A stretch of DNA of 41,928 nt from an uncultured Actinomycetota bacterium (lineage in GTDB: Bacteria > Actinomycetota > Aquicultoria > Subteraquimicrobiales > CAYFXD01). The notes beneath the pieces were generated by a model. That model was not told the origin of the DNA. It was given only the letters and a program-made list of their open reading frames with translations, and searched no databases. The position numbers and the translations under genes are program-made. How positions within the stretch are numbered: the stretch's first letter is position 1; each line of letters begins with the position of its first letter. Where the stretch lies: positions 1 through 41,928 of the forward strand of contig CAYFXD010000118.1 in the NCBI GenBank assembly GCA_964347095.1, written 5' to 3'. Shown piece by piece: positions 26,340 to 36,152 of this stretch.

Positions 26340-27905
26340 TTGCGGGATTCGAGTTTTTGGGCGGACAAAACTGCTGCAGACATCATCAAAACCAGGGGCA
26401 CAAACCACTTAATCGCAACCGGGATTACTCCCTCTGGTCCCATCCATCTTGGCAATATCCGAGAGGTTCTTACGGCCGACGCAGTCCGCAGAGGTCTGGA
26501 TCGAGCGGGCGCTGAGACCAAGCTTGTATATATTGCTGACACTATGGACCCGCTTCGCCGACTGTATCCCTTTCTGCCAAAAAGTTATGAAAAGTATGTA
26601 GGCATGCCTCTGTATCGCATTCCCTGTCCTGACAACTGCTGTGGCAACTATGCCGATCACTTCCTTAAGCCTTTTCTTGCAGCATGCCGTCGGCTTGGGG
26701 TGGATCTGGCTGCAAAAAAGGCGCACGAGCTCTATCAAAGCGGCGCATTCACGGACGTGATAACCAGAGCCTTGGAACGGCGGGACAGAATAGCTGAGAT
26801 AGTATCGGACCAGACCGGTCGAAAGCTGGCACGTGAATGGATGCCTTTGAACATACAGTGTGAGCACTGCCAGAGAATTACCAAAGCCCGAATCGGCAAA
26901 GTTGATACTGCCTCACACACTGTTGAATATAGTTGTGAGTGCGGCTATTCAGGAACAGCTGACTACAGTAAGGGAGCGGGCAAATTACCTTGGCGAATAG
27001 ACTGGCCCGCTCGTTGGAGGGCTCTGGGGGTGACGGTAGAGCCTTTCGGCAAAGACCATGCAACCGCCGGCGGCTCGTATGATACAGGCACCATTATTGC
27101 CCGAGAGATTTTTGATTATGAAGCCCCATATCCGATTATCTATGAGTGGATCTATTGGAAAGGAAAAGGGGCTATGGCAAGCTCCACCGGAGTGGCGATC
27201 TCTATCCAGTCCATGCTTGAGATTATACCGCCCGAAGGTGTGCGTTTCCTTATTTTGCGCCCCAGGCCGGAGAAGCACATCGACTTTGATCCCGAGAATG
27301 GCCTCTTGAAGTTGCTCGAAGAATATCAAGAAGTGGAACAGAAGTATTTTGATGAGCAGCATAAGCTGGAGAGTTATGAATCCAGGGCGTATGAGATCAG
27401 CCAGGTTCGCCCACCATCTGAGAAAACACATCTTCACATTCCTTTCTTGCACATTGTCATCGCGGCCCAAGTGGCCGAATACCAGCTTCAAAGGGCCGTA
27501 CACGTCCTAGAAAGAAGCGGATATAGGGTCGAAGCTGCGGAAAAGCCAAAGCTGGAGCGGTATTTGGAATACGCCAGCAACTGGCTGACCACTTTTGCTC
27601 CGGATGTTTTTAAGTTCAAGGTGCAGGAACATTTGCCCCAAGAAGCCCAAAGCCTTTCTGAGGAGGAGAAGAATTTCCTGGCCGGCCTGGCGAAGCGTTT
27701 TGACCGAATTGAGTGGAGCGCTGAGAATGTCCATAATATCATCCATGAGCTAGGCAAAGAATCTGGATTGTCTGCTCGAAAGTCCTTTCAGGTCACGTAT
27801 GTCAGCCTGCTGGGGCGCAAGTCAGGCCCTCGCGCAGGCTGGTTTATTACCTCGCTGGACCGCGATTTTGTTATCCGAAGGTTCATCGACGCCTCGCAGG
27901 CCTAG
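26340..27905 (+). CDS. lysS: Lysine--tRNA ligase, class I type
   Basis: It has FWADKTA near the N-terminus, a class I HIGN-like signature (PSGPIHLGNIRE) and a KMSSS-like AMASSTG. GAGG sits 5 nt before TTG 26340. The track ORF start at 26235 would add an unlikely 35-aa extension that overlaps a repeat. Confidence 0.85.
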   Translation: MRDSSFWADKTAADIIKTRGTNHLIATGITPSGPIHLGNIREVLTADAVRRGLDRAGAETKLVYIADTMDPLRRLYPFLPKSYEKYVGMPLYRIPCPDNCCGNYADHFLKPFLAACRRLGVDLAAKKAHELYQSGAFTDVITRALERRDRIAEIVSDQTGRKLAREWMPLNIQCEHCQRITKARIGKVDTASHTVEYSCECGYSGTADYSKGAGKLPWRIDWPARWRALGVTVEPFGKDHATAGGSYDTGTIIAREIFDYEAPYPIIYEWIYWKGKGAMASSTGVAISIQSMLEIIPPEGVRFLILRPRPEKHIDFDPENGLLKLLEEYQEVEQKYFDEQHKLESYESRAYEISQVRPPSEKTHLHIPFLHIVIAAQVAEYQLQRAVHVLERSGYRVEAAEKPKLERYLEYASNWLTTFAPDVFKFKVQEHLPQEAQSLSEEEKNFLAGLAKRFDRIEWSAENVHNIIHELGKESGLSARKSFQVTYVSLLGRKSGPRAGWFITSLDRDFVIRRFIDASQA

Positions 27906-27944
27906 TTAATTAACGGAAGAGTTAGGGTTATAATATCCATTTTC

Positions 27945-28180
27945 CATCAGTGTTCACTTTCCGGTGTGTGGTTTAGTGCCGAAGAGCGGTTCACGGTGGG
28001 CCGTTCGCCGTAAGCCGATAGCAGATAACCGTCGGTTTTGATCTTGCGAGAACCGAGAACCTCCAACCGTTTCCAACGATATAGGCTTACTAACTCTAAC
28101 CGTTACAATGACACCTACACTGGTTTAACCCGCCTGGATTGCAATGACCATCAAGCAAGGCATAGATCTGTCAACCAGTT
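27945..28180 (-). repeat. Family A intergenic repeat, copy A4 (long form, inverted, between lysS and clpC)
   Basis: Its reverse complement reads CGCAAGATCAAAACCGACGGTTATCTGCTATCGGCTTACGGCGAACGGCCCACCGTGAACCGCTCTTCGGCACTAAACCACACACCGG, collinear with A3 and A2. It also carries the TTGACA-N17-ATGGTCATTGCAATCCAG module. Confidence 0.7.
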
Positions 28181-28412
28181 CAAAATGCCCGGTGTTGCAT
28201 GCTTGCATTTTCTGCACTGCGAACAATGCCCACTGCTCGCCAACAGAAGACTTGCGGTGCCGCTGTGACAATTTGCCACCGCGAAGTGGGCTTTCCGATT
28301 TTTTAGGTTGACAGCATTTCTCGCACAAGGGACAATTAATATAGAGAAGGTGTTTATGTACGTGCCATGAACGTATATGTCACCGTGACTTACAAAGAAA
28401 GGAAGATCCTCA

Positions 28413-30896
28413 TTGTTTGAAAGATTTACCGAAAGAGCGCGGCGTGTTGTGGTTTACGCTCAGGAGGAGGCCCGCTCACTCAATCAAAACTATATAGGGA
28501 CGGAGCATCTACTTCTGGGGCTAATAAGGGAAAAAGAGGGAATTGCAGCCAAAGCGCTAAAGAACCTGGGCATCAACCTTGAGGACGTTCGGGCCCAAAT
28601 AGAGGATATTGTGGGCAAGGGCAATGTTTCTTTGCCGGGTCACATACCTTTCACGCCGCGAGCCAAAAAGGTCTTGGAATATGCATTGAGAGAGGCCTTG
28701 CAGCTGGGCCATAACTATATCGGTACTGAGCATATACTTCTCGGACTGATCCGTGAGGGAGAAGGAATAGCAGCTAAAGTGCTGGAGAATCTTGGCGCAG
28801 ATCTGGAAGGGGTCCGCAAAGAAGTTTCAGAGCTCCTTGCCGGCTTCTATGTAAGCAAGGGCACCGAACAGCCTGACACGCCAAGCGGTGGTTCGTCTAT
28901 CCTCGATGAATTCGGGCGCAATCTAACCCAACTCGCCAAAGAGCAAAAATTGGACCCGGTGATCGGTCGTATCACTGAGATCGAACGGGTTATGCAAATC
29001 TTGAGCAGGCGCACGAAGAATAATCCGGTGTTAATTGGTGAACCTGGTGTGGGAAAGACTGCAATTGTTGAGGGTCTGGCTCATCTGGTTGCCGAGAACA
29101 AAGTGCCTGAGATCCTGGGCAATAAGCAGATCTATACACTTGATCTGGGGGCTCTGGTTGCAGGTTCAAAATACCGAGGGGAATTCGAAGAGCGTCTAAA
29201 GAAAGTAATGAAAGAGATCAAGAGTCGGGGTGATGTGATTCTTTTCATCGATGAAATGCATAATCTCGTCGGAGCTGGCGCGGCTGAAGGAGCGATTGAC
29301 GCCGCGAGCATTCTAAAACCTGCGTTGGCCAGGGGCGAGCTTCAAACGATTGGGGCCACCACCCTAGATGAGTACAGAAAGCATGTTGAGAAGGACGCTG
29401 CTTTGGAGCGTAGATTCCAACCGATAAATGTTGATGAGCCAACTATCGAAGAGACTGTCGCTATTCTACTCGGACTCAGGGACAGATACGAGGAACATCA
29501 CCGGGTTGAGATCACGGACGATGCAATAACAGCTGCAGCCAACCTGGCTGACAGATATATTTCTGACCGCTTTCTGCCTGATAAAGCCATAGATTTGGTC
29601 GATGAGGCGGCGTCTCGAGTGAGGATCAAGGGCATGAGTACTGCTGCTGATCTGGAAAGCCTGGAAGATTTAGAAAAACAGCTTGAGCAAACAAAGAAAG
29701 AAAAAGAAGTGGCGATTGATCATGAAGAGTTCGAGCGCGCTGCTCTCTTGAGCGGCAAGGAAAAGGACTTGACTTCAAAGAAAACTACTTCTTCCAAACA
29801 AACCCAGGTTCTGCCGTCGTTAAAGGAGCAGGTAACCGAAGAAGAAATCGCGCATATAGTGTCCACCTGGACCGGAATCCCGGTGATCAAGCTAACCGAG
29901 GAGGAAAGCGCCAAGCTGCTTCGAATGGAGGAAGCACTTCATGAGCGTGTTATCGGTCAAGATGAAGCCATACAGGCGATTTCAAAGGCAATAAGAAGGA
30001 CTCGGGCAGGTCTTAAGGATCCCCGCAGGCCCACTGGGTCGTTTGTGTTCATGGGTCCGTCAGGTGTGGGCAAGACTGAGCTTGCGAGGACACTTGCTGA
30101 GTATCTTTTTGGCGATGAAGGCATGCTGATACAGATCGATATGTCTGAATATATGGAAAAGCATACGGTATCCAGACTTATAGGGTCACCACCCGGATAT
30201 GTTGGATACGAAGAGGGAGGCCAGCTTACCGAGGCTGTGCGCAGGAAGCCCTATTCGGTCGTGTTGTTTGACGAGATCGAGAAGGCACATCCCGAGGTTT
30301 TCAACGTACTGTTGCAGATCTTGGAGGATGGCCGGCTCACTGATGCACAGGGAAGATCGGTGGATTTCAAGAACACTATTCTAATCATGACCTCGAATAT
30401 CGGAGCCCGTTTTATACAGAAAGCAACGCCGATAGGTTTTACTAGTCTGACAGAAAAAGGCGAAAGCATGGCATACAAGGACATGAAGGCAAAGGTTGTC
30501 AGCGAACTGAAACGGACGTTCCGACCGGAGCTTTTCAATAGGATTGATGATGTAATTGTCTTCCATGAACTGTCCAAAGAGGAGATTCTGCAGATTGTCG
30601 ATCTTCTTTTCAAGAGAGTCGGCACTCAGGTAGCAGGTCAAGAAATGGCAATTGAATTGACCGACCAGGCTCGCGAATTGCTGGCCAAAGAGGGTTACAA
30701 CCCGACACTGGGAGCAAGACCTCTCAGGAGAGCAATTCAGAGGCTGGTGGAGGACCCGCTGTCAGAGGCGCTTCTTGGAGGCAAGTTCAGAGCTGGTCAT
30801 AAGATCATTGTTGATGAGAAACAAGGCCACATAGTATTTCGCGAGGCCGAAGGTGAGAAGGTAGGTAGCCGACCCGGCGGCGAGAGTGAGGCATGA
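28413..30896 (+). CDS. clpC: ATP-dependent Clp protease ATP-binding subunit ClpC
   Basis: 827 aa. It begins [12 protein letters not shown], has a duplicated Clp N-domain repeat, two Walker A motifs ([16 protein letters not shown]) and a UVR-like linker. Confidence 0.92.
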   Translation: MFERFTERARRVVVYAQEEARSLNQNYIGTEHLLLGLIREKEGIAAKALKNLGINLEDVRAQIEDIVGKGNVSLPGHIPFTPRAKKVLEYALREALQLGHNYIGTEHILLGLIREGEGIAAKVLENLGADLEGVRKEVSELLAGFYVSKGTEQPDTPSGGSSILDEFGRNLTQLAKEQKLDPVIGRITEIERVMQILSRRTKNNPVLIGEPGVGKTAIVEGLAHLVAENKVPEILGNKQIYTLDLGALVAGSKYRGEFEERLKKVMKEIKSRGDVILFIDEMHNLVGAGAAEGAIDAASILKPALARGELQTIGATTLDEYRKHVEKDAALERRFQPINVDEPTIEETVAILLGLRDRYEEHHRVEITDDAITAAANLADRYISDRFLPDKAIDLVDEAASRVRIKGMSTAADLESLEDLEKQLEQTKKEKEVAIDHEEFERAALLSGKEKDLTSKKTTSSKQTQVLPSLKEQVTEEEIAHIVSTWTGIPVIKLTEEESAKLLRMEEALHERVIGQDEAIQAISKAIRRTRAGLKDPRRPTGSFVFMGPSGVGKTELARTLAEYLFGDEGMLIQIDMSEYMEKHTVSRLIGSPPGYVGYEEGGQLTEAVRRKPYSVVLFDEIEKAHPEVFNVLLQILEDGRLTDAQGRSVDFKNTILIMTSNIGARFIQKATPIGFTSLTEKGESMAYKDMKAKVVSELKRTFRPELFNRIDDVIVFHELSKEEILQIVDLLFKRVGTQVAGQEMAIELTDQARELLAKEGYNPTLGARPLRRAIQRLVEDPLSEALLGGKFRAGHKIIVDEKQGHIVFREAEGEKVGSRPGGESEA

Positions 30897-32251
30897 GCAA
30901 AACCAAATGCGTGGTGAGGTGCCAGAACTGCGGGTACCTCTCTCCTAAATGGATGGGAAGATGTCCCAATTGTGGTGAATGGAACACCATGGTTGAGGAG
31001 TCCGCCAAAGGAGACACCAGTGTCGCTCACCGGGGCTCAGAGATCCAGAAAACTCCACAGAAGATAACGGAGGTTAGCACCGCAGGAAGCGACAGGCTTT
31101 CTACCCAAATACCAGAGTTTGATCGAGTACTCGGCGGCGGTATTGTCGCCGGGTCTCTTATTTTGTTAGGGGGACAGCCTGGAATAGGCAAATCAACCAT
31201 TCTTTTGCAGGTTGGATTTAACATTGCTCAAGAGGGGAACACTGTTTTGATTGTTTCCGGCGAGGAGTCACCTCACCAGCTCCGGATGCGCGCAAATCGT
31301 CTTGATGCTGCCCATGACAATCTACTGATTCTAGCGGAAACCGATATCGAACAGATACATGCCGCTGTTGAACAGTTGAGTCCCTCATTGCTTGTGCTTG
31401 ATTCAATCCAGACGGTATTTCATCCTGAGATGTCTGCTCCCCCTGGGAGTGTAAGCCAGCTGAGAGAATGCACCAACTTCATTTGCCAATTCGCCAAGAC
31501 GAAAAACATTCCTGTGTTTATCATAGGTCATGTAACCAAAGAGGGCTCTATTGCCGGTCCCAGGGTCCTTGAGCATATGGTTGATTCAGTTCTGTACTTT
31601 GAAACAAGTTCAAACCAATCATCCAGAATCATACGCTCGGTCAAAAATCGGTTCGGCTCAACCAATGAAATCGCTGTTTTCGAGATGAAAGAAACCGGCC
31701 TGGCTCAGGTGGACAACCCCTCTGCGCTGTTCCTGGCGCAACATTCAGAAAGTCTGTCGGGATCAGTAGTTGTAGCTCTGGCTGAAGGTTCCCGTTCGCT
31801 GCTTGTTGAGTTGCAAGCACTGGTCGTGCCGTCATATCTGGCAAATCCCAGGCGATTCACATCAGGAATGGACTATAATCGCTTGTCGGTCCTGATTGCT
31901 GTGCTTGAAAAAAGGGGCGGCCTCCGCTTGGAGAATAAAGATGTGTACCTCAATGCTGTTGGCGGTGTAAAGATCAGTGAACCCGCAGCAGATCTAGGAG
32001 CGGCTCTTGCCATCGCCTCTTCTTGCCAGGATACTAAGATTGATCAGGATCTGGTTGCCATAGGTGAGATCGGACTAGGCGGTGAGGTTAGACCAATAAG
32101 CTCTATGGAAGGGCGAATAAAGGAGGCGGCAAAACTGGGCTTCAACAAGGTCATACTTCCTCACAGCGAAAAAGGACCTCCAGGCGCTGACCAAGAATGT
32201 ACCATAGTCAGCGTCAAAACCATCAACGATGCCCTGGACTTTCTAGGGTAG
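30893..32251 (+). CDS. radA: DNA repair protein RadA (Sms)
   Basis: 452 aa. It has an N-terminal zinc ribbon CQNCGY...CPNCGEW, Walker [10 protein letters not shown], the KNRFG motif and a Lon-like C-terminal domain. Its ATGA start overlaps the clpC stop. Confidence 0.92.
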   Translation: MSKTKCVVRCQNCGYLSPKWMGRCPNCGEWNTMVEESAKGDTSVAHRGSEIQKTPQKITEVSTAGSDRLSTQIPEFDRVLGGGIVAGSLILLGGQPGIGKSTILLQVGFNIAQEGNTVLIVSGEESPHQLRMRANRLDAAHDNLLILAETDIEQIHAAVEQLSPSLLVLDSIQTVFHPEMSAPPGSVSQLRECTNFICQFAKTKNIPVFIIGHVTKEGSIAGPRVLEHMVDSVLYFETSSNQSSRIIRSVKNRFGSTNEIAVFEMKETGLAQVDNPSALFLAQHSESLSGSVVVALAEGSRSLLVELQALVVPSYLANPRRFTSGMDYNRLSVLIAVLEKRGGLRLENKDVYLNAVGGVKISEPAADLGAALAIASSCQDTKIDQDLVAIGEIGLGGEVRPISSMEGRIKEAAKLGFNKVILPHSEKGPPGADQECTIVSVKTINDALDFLG

Positions 32252-32287
32252 CAAGGCAGGGCCAGCGCCACAATCAAGGTCGACCAT

Positions 32288-32432
32288 CCAAAGCCAGAAG
32301 CAAAAGCCCGAATGTCACCTGAAGCCCAAGATTGCTGCTTGCCGGCGGCAAATGACAAATCAAAATCCTTTTGGATTTTGGGCTTTGACATTGATTTGGC
32401 ATTTAGGTTTTGACCTTTTTGCTTTTCCCTGA
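32288..32432. repeat. Family C-like long palindrome, copy C3 (radA-disA spacer)
   Basis: AAAAGCCCGAATGTCACC...GGCAAATGACAAATCAAAATCC, then a TTTT loop, then GGATTTTGGGCTTTGACATTGATTTGGCATTT...CTTTTTGCTTTTCCCTG. It shares GCCCGAATGTC with C1, and its arms are imperfectly complementary over about 60 nt. Confidence 0.5.
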
Positions 32433-32595
32433 TTCCTCTCAATCTCTCAGCTCCTCAGTTATTTTTGCCGAGATACATAAGGATGTCCCCAAAACTTCGA
32501 GGGCTTGGAGGATTTGACAGAAGGGTCAGAGAATTAAATGAGAGCGTATGGATGCGTGCCTGTGCTACAATTCAATAGAACGGAGGTTTCAAAAT

Positions 32596-33684
32596 ATGAC
32601 TGCCTGGTCTCGCCAATACGATAGATATCATAGGAGCCTATTTGACGCACTGAGAAAAGTTGCTCCTGGCACAGGTCTTCGCGAAGGATTAGAGAATATC
32701 GTCAGTGCCAGAACCGGAGCTCTGATAGTCGTTGGTGACGTGGCAGAAGTCATAAAGCTGTGCAATGGTGGATTTGAGCTTAATGATTCCTTTACGCCGC
32801 AAAAAATCTATGAGTTGGCCAAGATGGATGGGGCCATCATAATGGATGAGGATGTTGAAAGGATCCTATTGGCCAATGTCCATCTTGTTCCTGATTCCTC
32901 TTTATATACTACTGAAACAGGAATGCGCCATCGAACCGCGCAGCGAGTAGCGAGGCAAACCAGGGCGCTTGTAATCTCGGTGTCGCAGCGTCGTGACGTG
33001 GTTTCTTTGTATATCAACGATATAAAATATGTTTTAGCTGACGTCCCAGTCATAATCACAAAGGCGAATCAGGCGATCCAGGCACTGGAAAGATATAAAT
33101 CTCGGCTGGACGAAGTTATGGCAAATCTTAACGGTCTGGAGTTCGAGGATCTCGTGACCATGATGGATGTAGTCACTGTGCTGCAAAGGGCAGAAATGAC
33201 ACATCGCGTCGCCCTCGAGATCGAGCACTATGTGACTGAGCTGGGAACGGAGGGGCGCCTAATAAACATGCAGATGGAGGAACTGCTGGCGAACGTGGAA
33301 AGTGACACGTTGTTGGTTATCCGTGACTATACGCGCAACCGCAGGCGGCCTGACCGGATTAGACACGAGCTTGCATCTCTCTCATCTGAGCAGCTGCTGG
33401 ACGCTCATGCGGTCTTCTCAGTTTTGGGCTATAGTGATGATGAGTTGCGCGGATTGGACAAAGCCGCTCATCCAAGGGGCTATCGACTTTTGAGCAAGGT
33501 CCCAAGACTGCCAATGTCGATTATTGGTAAGATAATTGGCAGTTTTAGCAATCTGCAAAACATTCTTGAAGCAGAAACTGAAGAGTTAAACGAAGTAAAC
33601 GGAATTGGCAAAGTAAGAGCCGAAGCTATTAAAGATGGATTAAAGCGGTTGAAGGAACATAGTCTGCTCGAACGGTTTATGTAG
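32596..33684 (+). CDS. disA: DNA integrity scanning protein DisA (diadenylate cyclase)
   Basis: GGAGG sits 9 nt before ATG 32596. It has the motifs VAPGTGLREGLENI, GALIVVG, DGAIIMD and TGMRHRTAQR, plus a C-terminal HhH domain (NEVNGIGKVRAEAI). Confidence 0.9.
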   Translation: MTAWSRQYDRYHRSLFDALRKVAPGTGLREGLENIVSARTGALIVVGDVAEVIKLCNGGFELNDSFTPQKIYELAKMDGAIIMDEDVERILLANVHLVPDSSLYTTETGMRHRTAQRVARQTRALVISVSQRRDVVSLYINDIKYVLADVPVIITKANQAIQALERYKSRLDEVMANLNGLEFEDLVTMMDVVTVLQRAEMTHRVALEIEHYVTELGTEGRLINMQMEELLANVESDTLLVIRDYTRNRRRPDRIRHELASLSSEQLLDAHAVFSVLGYSDDELRGLDKAAHPRGYRLLSKVPRLPMSIIGKIIGSFSNLQNILEAETEELNEVNGIGKVRAEAIKDGLKRLKEHSLLERFM

Positions 33685-33857
33685 TGGACGGCGGACTGAG
33701 AGCCGTACGTATACACTCAGACCTAAGCAAAGCAGTAGAACGGTAACAAGGATAGGCATATTATCATATCGGTTCTTATTATCAGAAAGCCACGAGCCAG
33801 CCTCAAGGGGTCCACATGCTGGTCTATAAATAGGTTAAAGTTGCCAAACAGGGGATT

Positions 33858-34253
33858 CTAGGTCAGGCTATACAAGCCCAAGGTGGTAATTCTTCTATTC
33901 TCTTCTTGCAGGATCTTTTCCAGGTCCAGGTCCAGCAGCGTACAAATTGCTGTTAGGTAAAACAGTGTCGTTCCAAGTTGCGCCTCGATGTTTTCCAGGC
34001 ATGACTGGCATAAACTTCCTTCCAAATGGCTCTGAGCATAATCAGTCATTTGTGAAAGAGTAGCTTTCTTGGGAACTGACTGCTTTTCTGCCCTGACCCT
34101 CAAGCAGCCACAGGCTGTGACAGATTTTGTGACAGCTCTATTTACATGTGCGCCGGCCTCTTGGAACTTTGTTATAGTATCCAAAATACTACGATGTCTG
34201 ATCAAATGCTCCGCGACTGTACCCTGAAATTTCTGGCAACAGCTTTGGTCCAT
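33858..34253 (-). CDS. Hypothetical cysteine-rich protein
   Basis: GGGAGGAG sits 5 nt before the internal ATG (protein begins MDQSCCQKF). It contains the Cys clusters CC, CGC and CQSC. The C-terminal helix pattern (IEAQLGTTLFYL...LDLDLEKIL) faintly resembles MazG-like pyrophosphohydrolases, but I cannot confirm that. Confidence 0.5.
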   Translation of the reverse strand: MDQSCCQKFQGTVAEHLIRHRSILDTITKFQEAGAHVNRAVTKSVTACGCLRVRAEKQSVPKKATLSQMTDYAQSHLEGSLCQSCLENIEAQLGTTLFYLTAICTLLDLDLEKILQEENRRITTLGLYSLT

Positions 34254-34328
34254 GAATTCTCCTCCCTCGCAGTATGTGGCACTAATGACATTATAGCCTA
34301 TTATCAACGCTCAAGGAACCAGTTTCCT

Positions 34329-34357
34329 TTGACCCCAAGAGACCGCTATGCTAAGAT
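34329..34357 (+). promoter_or_regulatory. Candidate sigma-70-type promoter for carD
   Basis: TTGACC (34329-34334), a 17-nt spacer, then TAAGAT (34352-34357), about 20 nt upstream of the GTG start. Confidence 0.5.
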
Positions 34358-34377
34358 GAGGTAGATTGGGAGGTACC

Positions 34378-34854
34378 GTGTTCAAAATTGGCGACAAAGT
34401 TGTCTATCCTCATCATGGTGCAGGAGTTATTGAAGGAATAGAGGAAAAACAAGTTCTAGATGAAAAGCAACAGTACTACATTGTAAGGCTCTCTCAGGGG
34501 CAACTAACTGTAATGGTTCCTGCCAATTCAATTCCAGGCATTGGCTTGCGCAGCATCATTTCGCCGCTCCAAGCAGAAAACGTACTTGCGACCTTGGGTG
34601 ACGACCAAAGTAAGATGCCAAAGGACTGGAACCGCCGGTTCAAAAGAAACCGTGAAAAGATCAAAAGCGGTGACGCATTAGAGGTCGCTGAGGTTGTAAG
34701 GAACCTTACGATCAGAGACGCTGAAGTTGGCTTGTCAACAGGGGAGAAGCGGATGCTGAACCGTGCACGGCAGATCCTCGTGAGCGAGCTGGTGTTTGCG
34801 CTGGACAAAGATGAAGGTGATATTAACACTCTAATTGACGGCAATTTTCATTAG
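34378..34854 (+). CDS. carD: CarD family transcriptional regulator
   Basis: GGGAGG sits 4 nt before GTG 34378. The protein begins MFKIGDKVVYPHHGAGVIEGIEEK, the typical CarD/TRCF RNA polymerase-interacting domain. Confidence 0.88.
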   Translation: MFKIGDKVVYPHHGAGVIEGIEEKQVLDEKQQYYIVRLSQGQLTVMVPANSIPGIGLRSIISPLQAENVLATLGDDQSKMPKDWNRRFKRNREKIKSGDALEVAEVVRNLTIRDAEVGLSTGEKRMLNRARQILVSELVFALDKDEGDINTLIDGNFH

Positions 34855-34944
34855 CTGCCCCTCACAACTTAATTGGGAGGTGATAAACCGGACTTATTGA
34901 TGAAAAAAACCACACAGAGACAAAAGTAACAGGAGTGTTTTTTT

Positions 34945-36015
34945 ATGTTGGTTCAGGTTATCCGCTTGTTGGGTGTCTTGGTCGGTGCGGTTGCGGGTTA
35001 TGAACTGGCGATTGAGGTTATCCGAACTCCAAAGGGTTGGCCCGGAATCATCTTATATGCTATTATCGGTTGCGGAGTAGGATACATAATCGGCGGACTG
35101 GCGGGAAAAAGACTCGACAAAGTCATGAATTGGCTTGAATCCGCAGTCCAAAAGATGCCAGGAATCGACTTGTTTATCAGTATATTGGGCCTTGTTGTTG
35201 GGCTTGTAATTGCCATTTTAGTTTCCATTCCCTTTGGCTCCATCTCCAATTCCCTCATCCGGTTGTTCTTGACCATATTCACGTATGTGATATTTGCTTT
35301 TTTGGGCATGCGTCTATTTCTTCGCAAGAAAGAAGATTTCTCATTTCTCTTTCATTCACTTGGTTCGGTTAAGAGGTCCCAAACATCTCCGGAGAATCTT
35401 AACAGCGCAGACAAGGTGCTGGATACCAGTGCTATCATCGATGGACGAATTGCAGATATCTCCCAAACAGGATTCGTGGAAGGGCGTCTTAGCGTTCCAC
35501 GGTTTGTGTTAAGAGAGCTCCAGAGTATCGCCGATTCGGATGATCCATTGAAGAGAAACCGCGGCCGGAGAGGCCTTGATGTTCTGCGTCTGCTGCAAAG
35601 AGAACGAGGGATAGAAGTGCATATCGAAGACCGCGATTATCCTGAAATTGCCGAAGTCGATGCTAGGTTGGTCACGCTCGCGAAGGAGATTGGTGGGATA
35701 ATAGTCACGAACGATTTTAACCTCAATAAAGTTGCCGAGTTGGAAGGTGTCAAGGTACTCAACATTAATGAGTTGGCCAATGCTCTGAAACCAGCTGTCT
35801 TGCCCGGAGAAGAGATGAGAGTCGCGGTGCTGCGTGAAGGCAAGGAAATGGGACAGGGCGTGGGATATCTTGATGACGGTACCATGATCGTAATTGACGG
35901 GGGCAAGGATCACCTTGGTCGGGAGATAGAAGTAATCGTTACGAGTGTGCTCCAGACCCCAGCTGGCAAAATGATCTTCACCAAACCCAAAGGTGTTGAG
36001 GCGAATAGTGCGTAG
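34945..36015 (+). CDS. PIN/TRAM domain membrane protein (YacL-like)
   Basis: 356 aa. It has N-terminal TM helices, a PIN domain (VLDTSAIIDGRI ... IVTNDFNLNKVA) and a C-terminal TRAM-like domain. Its position between carD/disA and ispD matches yacL in Bacillota. Confidence 0.85.
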   Translation: MLVQVIRLLGVLVGAVAGYELAIEVIRTPKGWPGIILYAIIGCGVGYIIGGLAGKRLDKVMNWLESAVQKMPGIDLFISILGLVVGLVIAILVSIPFGSISNSLIRLFLTIFTYVIFAFLGMRLFLRKKEDFSFLFHSLGSVKRSQTSPENLNSADKVLDTSAIIDGRIADISQTGFVEGRLSVPRFVLRELQSIADSDDPLKRNRGRRGLDVLRLLQRERGIEVHIEDRDYPEIAEVDARLVTLAKEIGGIIVTNDFNLNKVAELEGVKVLNINELANALKPAVLPGEEMRVAVLREGKEMGQGVGYLDDGTMIVIDGGKDHLGREIEVIVTSVLQTPAGKMIFTKPKGVEANSA

Positions 36016-36137
36016 GGCAAGAAATGCCAAACACCAAATTCCAAACCAAATCCCATTAGACTACGAGGGACACTGAAAAGTAGTTTTGCCTGTGTTTCGG
36101 ACAGGGAATTGTAGTTTGGGTTTGCCTTTGTTCGGGG
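36016..36137. repeat. Degenerate palindrome (CCAAA tandem motif) in the yacL-ispD spacer
   Basis: The left arm is GCCAAACACCAAATTCCAAACCAAATCCC. The right arm is GGGAATTGTAGTTTGGGTTTGCCTTTGTTCGGGG. Confidence 0.4.
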
Positions 36138-36152
36138 AGAATTGATACCAAG

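Noticed and set aside
28169-28186. A CtsR-operator-like sequence, TGTCAACCAGTTCAAAA, upstream of clpC.
   Set aside because: It is only a partial match to the GGTCAAA-NAN-GGTCAAA direct repeat. The spacing fits poorly. It lies about 230 nt from the clpC start, inside repeat A4. No ctsR gene is present in the window.
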